A DNA stretch of 64,000 nucleotides from Nitrospinales bacterium. Lineage in GTDB: Bacteria > Nitrospinota > Nitrospinia > Nitrospinales > VA-1. How positions within the stretch are numbered: the stretch's first letter is position 1; every line of letters begins with the position of its first letter. Position numbers and translations under genes: made by a program. The notes beneath the pieces are model-generated. The model was not told where the DNA came from and made no database searches. It saw nothing but the letters and a program-made list of their open reading frames with translations. Location: contig OZ242182.1 of NCBI GenBank assembly GCA_965205835.1, forward strand, positions 1,532,226 to 1,596,225. The letters are read 5' to 3'. This document shows, in pieces, positions 58,108-64,000 of this stretch.

Positions 58108-61100
58108 ATGCTTCCTCTAATTATATTAACCGGCCCAACGAATTCGGGAAAAAGTGAAACCGCTCTGGCCCTGGCCCGGAAGCTGAACACAGAAATCATC
58201 AGTGCTGATTCGTTGCAGGTCTATAAATATTTTGATATTGGCACCGCGAAACCTCTGCAGGTGGTAAGAGAGGATATCCCGCATCACTTGATCGATGTTC
58301 TCGAACCTGATGAAGAGTTTAACGCCTTCGATTTTAAAACACGGGCCTTGGAAATCATTCGCGAACTCATGAATCGTAATAAAATTCCTATTCTGGTTGG
58401 CGGCACCGGACTCTACATAAAAGTCCTGACAGAAGATTACGATTGCGCCGAAGGAGCCTCTCCCGAAATCCGGGAAAAAATCAGGGATGACATTCGTGAC
58501 CAAGGAGTTGAAAAAGTTTATCAGGAACTCCAACGCGTTGATCCTGAATACGCCACAAAAATTTCCGAAACAGATTCCCTGCGCATCGAACGGGCTTTAG
58601 GGGTTTATCTCGACACGGGAAAACGTTTTTCGGAATTTCATGAAAGCGACTTCCCGACCGCAAACCAATTCCCCATCCACACCTTCATTCTGGAAAGAGA
58701 CAGGGCCGAGCTGTATTCACAAATCGATCAGCGTGTGGATAAAATGATTGAGGACGGATTTGCCCGAGAAGTTCAAAGTATTTTGGAGCGTGGTTACAGT
58801 CCGGACCTGAAACCCTGCAGAAGCATCGGTTACGCACAAATGATTCAATACCATCAAGGCCAGTTGGATATGGACCGTGCCACCTATGAGGTTAAAAGAG
58901 AAACCCGGCATTACGCCAAAAGACAGTTGACCTGGTTCAGAAAAATGAATAACGCCAATAAACTGTCGGTGGACTCCAAAGACACACCCAAAACCATGGC
59001 GGATAAACTGCTTTCTCTTCTACCCAAAGTCGCCGCCTGCTTTTTGGTACTGCTCTTGGGCTTTGCGCAAACAGGCGAAGCCAGATCTACGCACTATGAG
59101 AAGGCTAAAAAATTTTTCCAGAAAAAAGATTGGGGCAAGGCTAAAAACAGCCTTCTGGCTCTACAAAATCAAAAACCAGGTTCAATAGAAGCCAAACGTG
59201 CCCGGTTTTTACTCGCTCTCATTCACGCCGAACAGGGGAAGCCGGAGGAAGCCATAAAGCTTCTCGAACCGTTGAGCGAAAATTATAAAGAGGTGGAAGA
59301 TTATATCCGCTTCCATTTAATCCAGGCACAGGCACAAGCAGGCAAACATGAAAAAGCCCGCGACAACGCTCTCGAACTCCTCAAGCACAGTCCCAACACC
59401 CTTCTCTATGCCAAGCTCCATCTGATTCTTGCCGAAGTACAAACTCAGCTAAAGAAAAAAGAAGCCGCAATCAAAACGTTGGAAGGAGCAATCCGGTCGA
59501 TCACCAAGGATTTCAGCCGCCGCAAGTTTCGCGAATTTCTGCCTGACCTGATTTTCCAACTAGCCCGGACCCAGAAACAGTCCGGAAAGCAAACCGAAGC
59601 TTATTTGAATTTTCGCAAACTTCACATCCAATATCCAAACCATGATCAAACGCCCGAGGCTGAAATGGCACTCAAGCGCCTGTCAGCTTTGGCAACGGTT
59701 AAAGAGATCCCACTAACTTTAAGAGAGTACACCAACCGCATTCAAGGAATGTTTGAAAACGTGCGCTACCAGGAAATCATTCAGGAAGTCCAGACACTGC
59801 AAAAAGAAAAAGATCTTTTACCGGGGCGGTTTTATTTTTTCCTGGCCCGGGCGCATGGAGGACTTAGAGATCGTAAAAAAGCCAACAAAGTTTTAAAACA
59901 ATTTTTGAAAACATATCCTCACCACGCCAAGGTGCAAAACGCCAAATTTGACATCGGCAGAAACCTTTGGAACCTGGGCCAGCCAATGGCTGGGGCAAAA
60001 TATTTTAAGGAAATCACTCAGGACGTCCCTTCAACAGAATTGGCGATGAAGGCGCAGTTTTTTCTCGGAAAGATTTATGAAGAACGCAAAAACTTTCCTG
60101 AAGCACTGAGAAACTACAAGACCGCTTTGGAAAAATATCCCAGTGAAAGTTATGCGCAGTGGGCCGGCTGGCGACTGGGTTGGGTCCATTATCTCGATGG
60201 AAAATTTGAGCAAGCCTTCAACAGGTTCCAAGACGCGGCCAACCGATTTCCTAATAAATCGTTTATTGAATACAACTTGTATTGGAGTGCCAAGTCGGCA
60301 GAAAAACTGGAAAAAAAAGATGTGGCCCGCGATTTGTATGCTAAAGTCGCTGAGCTTTACCCCTACACGTTTCACGGCATCCGCGCTAAAGACAGGCTCT
60401 TGACCCTGGATGTCAAGGGTGTCAAACTAGATACGGTTCTTGCAAATCAAACACCGTCTTCCAAAGAAGAAAACCCGCAACTGGGACGGCCTCTCAGCGA
60501 GCGGGAAAAGTTTCATCACATCCGAGCCACCGAACTGGCTACGCTTGGGTTGACACAGGAAGCACGCATCGAAATTGGAGAGTTGCAAAAAACAGTGCGG
60601 AAGAACCTGACCGGGGTTTTGTGGCTTTCCCAGCTTTATCATCAGGCACAAGGCTATGCGGAATCACTCAGGCTTTTACACCTATACAAGGACTTCACCA
60701 CCAAACCCAAAGAGAAAAATCTTTCTTCAAAATTCTGGAAGCATTTTTTCCCTCTCGCCTACGAAGAAGCAATTCTGACCTATGCCAATTCACGCAGGGT
60801 CGACCCATTTTTCGTGAGTGGCATTATCCGTCAAGAAAGTTTTTTTGACAGTCAGGCACTTTCCCCTGCCGGTGCTCGCGGGCTCATGCAAATCATGCCA
60901 GCCACCGGGGAAAGACTTTACCCGAAAACAAAATTGAAAAAACCTTTTGAGACCGATGTCCTCTTTGATCCAGATATGAACATCCAGCTGGGTGTGAAAT
61001 ATGTCAGTCTGTTGAACAAACGGTTCAACAAAAACGGAATGCATATTCTGATTTCATACAACGCCGGGCCTCATATCCTGAAAAAATGGCTGAAACAATT

Positions 61101-61221
61101 CGGACATTTGAGTGATCAGGACGTATTCATAGAATCCATCCCTTACTCAGAAACTCGCCGCTATGTCAAGTATGTGCTGAGAAATATGGGGATATATAAA
61201 GCACTATATTCTCCCTCCTGA
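58108..61221 (+). CDS. miaA: Single ORF fusing tRNA dimethylallyltransferase (MiaA, aa 1-296) to a signal/TM segment plus an Slt70-like soluble lytic transglycosylase (aa 297-1037)
   Basis: The N-terminus reads LIILTGPTNSGKSETALALARKLNTEIISADSLQVYKYFDIGTAKP ... YAKRQLTWFRK, which is MiaA. The in-frame ATG at 58996 opens MADKLLSLLPKVAACFLVLLLGFAQTGEA, a signal-peptide-like segment. TPR/superhelical repeats follow. The C-terminal SLT domain reads GIIRQESFFDSQALSPAGARGLMQIMPATG ... YNAGP. Confidence 0.85.
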   Translation: MLPLIILTGPTNSGKSETALALARKLNTEIISADSLQVYKYFDIGTAKPLQVVREDIPHHLIDVLEPDEEFNAFDFKTRALEIIRELMNRNKIPILVGGTGLYIKVLTEDYDCAEGASPEIREKIRDDIRDQGVEKVYQELQRVDPEYATKISETDSLRIERALGVYLDTGKRFSEFHESDFPTANQFPIHTFILERDRAELYSQIDQRVDKMIEDGFAREVQSILERGYSPDLKPCRSIGYAQMIQYHQGQLDMDRATYEVKRETRHYAKRQLTWFRKMNNANKLSVDSKDTPKTMADKLLSLLPKVAACFLVLLLGFAQTGEARSTHYEKAKKFFQKKDWGKAKNSLLALQNQKPGSIEAKRARFLLALIHAEQGKPEEAIKLLEPLSENYKEVEDYIRFHLIQAQAQAGKHEKARDNALELLKHSPNTLLYAKLHLILAEVQTQLKKKEAAIKTLEGAIRSITKDFSRRKFREFLPDLIFQLARTQKQSGKQTEAYLNFRKLHIQYPNHDQTPEAEMALKRLSALATVKEIPLTLREYTNRIQGMFENVRYQEIIQEVQTLQKEKDLLPGRFYFFLARAHGGLRDRKKANKVLKQFLKTYPHHAKVQNAKFDIGRNLWNLGQPMAGAKYFKEITQDVPSTELAMKAQFFLGKIYEERKNFPEALRNYKTALEKYPSESYAQWAGWRLGWVHYLDGKFEQAFNRFQDAANRFPNKSFIEYNLYWSAKSAEKLEKKDVARDLYAKVAELYPYTFHGIRAKDRLLTLDVKGVKLDTVLANQTPSSKEENPQLGRPLSEREKFHHIRATELATLGLTQEARIEIGELQKTVRKNLTGVLWLSQLYHQAQGYAESLRLLHLYKDFTTKPKEKNLSSKFWKHFFPLAYEEAILTYANSRRVDPFFVSGIIRQESFFDSQALSPAGARGLMQIMPATGERLYPKTKLKKPFETDVLFDPDMNIQLGVKYVSLLNKRFNKNGMHILISYNAGPHILKKWLKQFGHLSDQDVFIESIPYSETRRYVKYVLRNMGIYKALYSPS

Positions 61222-61275
61222 AAGCCTCCAAATTTGTATGTTTAACCGTCATAAAGAGGTTATAATGCCAGAAAC

Positions 61276-61509
61276 TTGAAAGAGCCTTTCATGAAATTAA
61301 AAGTCCGCTTACAAGAAATTGAAGATTATTCACTGGAGAGCACGAAACCGTTTGCCCGGAACTCTCTGAAAGCCCTAGGCCCTGAAGCATCCCCGTTCGG
61401 CCGAGGTCAGAGGGTTCTTTTGGAACCTAATCTTTTGCGAGGGTTCAAACTCGAACGCCGTATCACCACCCACCCTGTGGTGGTGGAAACCTGGGTTCTT
61501 AAGGATTGA
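61276..61509 (+). pseudogene. DUF362-domain gene fragment (N-terminal ~77 aa only)
   Basis: GQRVLLEPNLLRGFKLERRITTHPVVVET matches the N-terminal DUF362 pattern (VLIKPNL ... TTHP.VV). Full-length members are several-fold longer. The fragment ends 36 nt before the convergent arsR-family gene. Confidence 0.4.
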
Positions 61510-61544
61510 TCGCCCAGTCAACCTATTGCAAGCTGCCCCCACGG

Positions 61545-61895
61545 TTAGTGGTGGTTGTCAAAGTTGACGGAGCAACAGCCAAAGTCGAGTCCTGTCTCTC
61601 TTTTGTTTAAAAAATATTTACCCGGATGGATAAAATTGATAACCTTGTTACCTTCTCTTCGGGTGCCAACCAAGCCCGAGGCTCTTAATATGGAAAGATG
61701 ATGGGAGGCCTGGGGTTGGCCCATGCATAGAGACCGAACAATTTCAGAAACACTCTTTTCTCCTTTAAGCAACAACTGGACAATTTTTAATCGGGTTTCA
61801 TCCCCCAGTGCTTTCAGGATTCTGGCGCATTCCCCGGAATCTGTGGATGGCTCTTCCATAAGACCAAGTATATGGACTCCTTCTACCACGTTCAA
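61545..61895 (-). CDS. ArsR/SmtB-family transcriptional regulator
   Basis: ARILKALGDETRLKIVQLLLKGEKSVSEIVRSLCMGQPQASHHLSILRASGLVGTRREGNKVINF is the canonical ArsR winged helix. Confidence 0.85.
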   Translation of the reverse strand: MNVVEGVHILGLMEEPSTDSGECARILKALGDETRLKIVQLLLKGEKSVSEIVRSLCMGQPQASHHLSILRASGLVGTRREGNKVINFIHPGKYFLNKRETGLDFGCCSVNFDNHH

Positions 61896-61919
61896 GTCTA
61901 ATTCAGATCACCGAGAATT

Positions 61920-62480
61920 ATGATCCAAGAGACTCTAGAACCACAACAATGGGTGGAAAACTATGCGGATATGATGTACCGCTTTACGCTCGCCCGGGTA
62001 AAAGACCCTGAAGCCGCTGAAGAGCTGGTTCAGGCTACATTTTTTGCCGCATTAAAATCGCAACACAGCTTTGCCGGCAGGTCATCAGAAAAAACCTGGC
62101 TGTTCGGAATCCTGAAGCATAAAACCATGGATTATTTTAGAAGCTCCAAAAAAAATATTCCCATCGATTTGACTGTAGAGGAAGCTGACCAGATTCATTT
62201 TGACACCCGCAAACATATGATTCCCAAGCCAAGAAACTGGAACATAGACCCTGAAAAAGCCACTGAGAATAAAGAACTTGCCCAGGTTCTGGCTAAATGT
62301 ATGGAAGGATTGCCGGAAAAATTTCACAGGGTCTTTGTCCTGAAAGAAATGGATGGGTTGAGTTCCGACGAAATCTGTAAAGAATTCAATATAAAACCGA
62401 CCAACTTGTGGGTTATCTTGCACCGTGCCAGAAATCAGCTCAAACTTTGCATGGAGTCGAACTGGCTCAGCGCAAAATAG
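61920..62480 (+). CDS. ECF-type RNA polymerase sigma-70 family factor
   Basis: Region 2 reads YADMMYRFTLARVKDPEAAEELVQATFFAALK ... TWLFGILKHKTMDYFR. Region 4 reads LPEKFHRVFVLKEMDGLSSDEICKEFNIKPTNLWVILHRARNQLK. Confidence 0.9.
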   Translation: MIQETLEPQQWVENYADMMYRFTLARVKDPEAAEELVQATFFAALKSQHSFAGRSSEKTWLFGILKHKTMDYFRSSKKNIPIDLTVEEADQIHFDTRKHMIPKPRNWNIDPEKATENKELAQVLAKCMEGLPEKFHRVFVLKEMDGLSSDEICKEFNIKPTNLWVILHRARNQLKLCMESNWLSAK

Positions 62481-62495
62481 GGATGGGTTTTTATT

Positions 62496-62795
62496 ATGAT
62501 GGATAGAATGCTAAAAGTGCTTAAAATGACCTGCAAGGATGTCTATCCACTTATTTCGGAAAGCCAGGACCACCCTCTGACTTTTTTGAGCAGGATTCGG
62601 CTCAGAATGCATCTGGCCATATGCAGGCTTTGCGAAATATACCTGAAACAATTGGAAATCATCTGCCGGATAACCCGGTCGATAGGAAAAGATGAATCCA
62701 AAGTTTTCGAGGACACCAACATGAATCCTGAAGTAAAAGAAAAAATCAAACAATTGATCACAGAAAAAAATAATCAGAACTTTTTAAGGAGGTAA
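62496..62795 (+). CDS. Cytoplasmic zinc-binding anti-sigma factor (ZAS family, RsrA-like)
   Basis: H39-x3-C43-x2-C46 (MHLAICRLC) plus C13 lies 26 residues upstream of the His. This is the same C-x25-H-x3-C-x2-C spacing as RsrA (C11, H37, C41, C44). There is no TM segment. The gene sits directly downstream of the ECF sigma gene. Confidence 0.7.
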   Translation: MMDRMLKVLKMTCKDVYPLISESQDHPLTFLSRIRLRMHLAICRLCEIYLKQLEIICRITRSIGKDESKVFEDTNMNPEVKEKIKQLITEKNNQNFLRR

Positions 62796-62801
62796 CAGGA
62801 T

Positions 62802-63206
62802 TTGTCGGAAAAAATCACAAAAACCGAAAGCGAGTGGCGGAAAATTCTGACTGAAGAACAGTTTAAAATATGCCGGAAAAAAGGGACCGAGCCGGCCTTC
62901 TCCGGCAAATACTGGGACTGCCATGACCGGGGAAACTATCATTGCGCATGTTGCGATACGCCTCTATTTTCTTCCATCGCTAAATTTGATTCAGGCACCG
63001 GGTGGCCGAGCTATTACGAGCCTCTCCGCCCCGAAAGTATCGCCACCGAAAATGACACGCTCTTCTTTATGCGCAGAACAGAAGTGTTATGTAGCAATTG
63101 CGATTCCCATCTGGGTCATGTCTTTGAAGACGGGCCAGACCCTACCGGACTTCGCTACTGCATCAACTCCGCCTCTCTCGTCCTGCACAAGGCAGAATCT
63201 TCCTGA
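62802..63206 (+). CDS. msrB: Peptide-methionine (R)-S-oxide reductase
   Basis: GTEPAFSGKYW ... YHCACCDTPLFSS..KFDSGTGWPSYYEP ... VLCSNCDSHLGHVFEDGP ... RYCINS. The start is TTG, 9 nt after AGGAGG. Confidence 0.95.
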   Translation: MSEKITKTESEWRKILTEEQFKICRKKGTEPAFSGKYWDCHDRGNYHCACCDTPLFSSIAKFDSGTGWPSYYEPLRPESIATENDTLFFMRRTEVLCSNCDSHLGHVFEDGPDPTGLRYCINSASLVLHKAESS

Positions 63207-63431
63207 TTCCAAGTAAAAAATTACTTGGCAGAAAATATACGAGTTTCAAGATGGAACACGTGGCCAGGTAAGCCAAAACCCTGCGATGGAAGATATCCCC
63301 CTGTTTTTTTCATCCCAGATGAACGCACCGTCACAAAAAAACCAATTTGAGTTTGTCTACTCGATGGGGCACTGGCTCAGCGATTCCTTACACCCAACAT
63401 TTATTATGGACATCCCGGCAGTTATTGTCTT

Positions 63432-64000
63432 TTAACCCTGCTCACAATTCAACTCTTCAGCCATCTGTTGTAAAGCCTCCGAAAACACTGCGTGAAGCTC
63501 CCGGCGGATTTTTTTAGAATCGTATTCGACCATAGAGCCTCCGCCGTTTAAAAAATTCATCTGCTCGTTGACCCTTATACAGGCGGAGCGTTTTTCTTCC
63601 CCCTCCGATGTCCGCAATAACATCAACTCACAAAAATTGATGCCCGCCTCCACCGATTGCGTCAGTTGTGGATTGATTCGAAACCCTCGGTTCTGCAAAT
63701 GGTCAACAATTTGCAGAGCCTTTTTAAACTCAATACCAGCCTTGGCGTAATCCTTATCTAGCACAGACTGGAGTGCTTTCATGATGGCCAGCTCCTTATT
63801 ACCCTGAAAATGGGGATGTGGCACCGGTTGTTTGAAATAGCGGTTTTCCAAATCGATCAACAGTCCGATGGCGTTTTGCCGGGTCTTCTTTTGTGATAAA
63901 GGGTTTTCGGGAGGAAGCTCCTTGTTTGCTGGATTGATTTGTTCAGAAATATAAAACCATGCCAGGGTTTTCAGTGCCAGCGGTTGCGTTGCCCCACCAT
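63432..64000 (-). CDS. Hypothetical protein (open at the right window edge)
   Basis: The ORF track starts it at 63860. My translation shows the frame stays open upstream to position 64000 (...GGATQPLALKTLAWFYISEQINPANKELPPENPLSQKKTRQNAIGLLIDLENRYFKQ...). I recognise no motif. Confidence 0.45.
   Translation of the reverse strand, partial: GGATQPLALKTLAWFYISEQINPANKELPPENPLSQKKTRQNAIGLLIDLENRYFKQPVPHPHFQGNKELAIMKALQSVLDKDYAKAGIEFKKALQIVDHLQNRGFRINPQLTQSVEAGINFCELMLLRTSEGEEKRSACIRVNEQMNFLNGGGSMVEYDSKKIRRELHAVFSEALQQMAEELNCEQG

Noticed and set aside
63209-63228. The hairpin CCAAGTAA-AAAA-TTACTTGG after msrB as a terminator
   Set aside because: The stem is AT-rich and no T-tract follows. It is too weak to call.

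Overview
The window is a chromosomal segment from a diderm (Gram-negative-type) bacterium. I cannot assign a lineage from sequence alone. About 55 protein genes look intact, and there are four tRNAs.

Housekeeping blocks:
- groES-groEL behind a near-consensus CIRCE operator
- yqeY-dnaG-rpoD followed by a tRNA(CAU)
- queF, ilvE, a TrmN6-like methyltransferase and miaA
- an RND efflux pair
- a di-haem cytochrome c peroxidase
- an NtrB/NtrC-type sigma-54 two-component pair
- an ECF sigma / ZAS anti-sigma / msrB module

A surface-polysaccharide locus of about 19 kb (29.5-48.5 kb) is a mosaic.
- The left half has the same composition as the rest of the window. It holds rfbB, rfbA, rfbD, a WaaL-type ligase and a CapD/PglF-type dehydratase.
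- The right half (39.5-48.5 kb) is visibly AT-richer. It holds wzx, wzy, a GT4 transferase, an orphan TPP-dependent E1 alpha/beta pair, a methyltransferase, a DegT aminotransferase and a PglC-like initiating transferase.
- The AT-rich half is bounded by an IS relic on one side and by tRNA-Glu/tRNA-Lys on the other.

No CRISPR array, rRNA gene or intact mobile element was seen.

Most striking observations:
1. The E1 alpha/beta-methyltransferase-aminotransferase-transferase sugar module.
2. A single 1037-codon ORF fusing MiaA to an Slt70-like lytic transglycosylase.
3. Tandem AstE/AspA-family paralogs, the second with all three predicted zinc ligands replaced.
4. Perfect 52-bp inverted repeats bracketing an M48-PDZ protease gene.
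5. An unusually high density of decayed genes: glgC, an oxyR-like regulator, a UDG-like gene, a GT2 gene, a UDP-sugar dehydrogenase, a uronate-epimerase-like gene, a cytidylyltransferase, a DUF362 gene and three IS relics.

All functional calls come from my own reading of the supplied translations and DNA. No database search was run.
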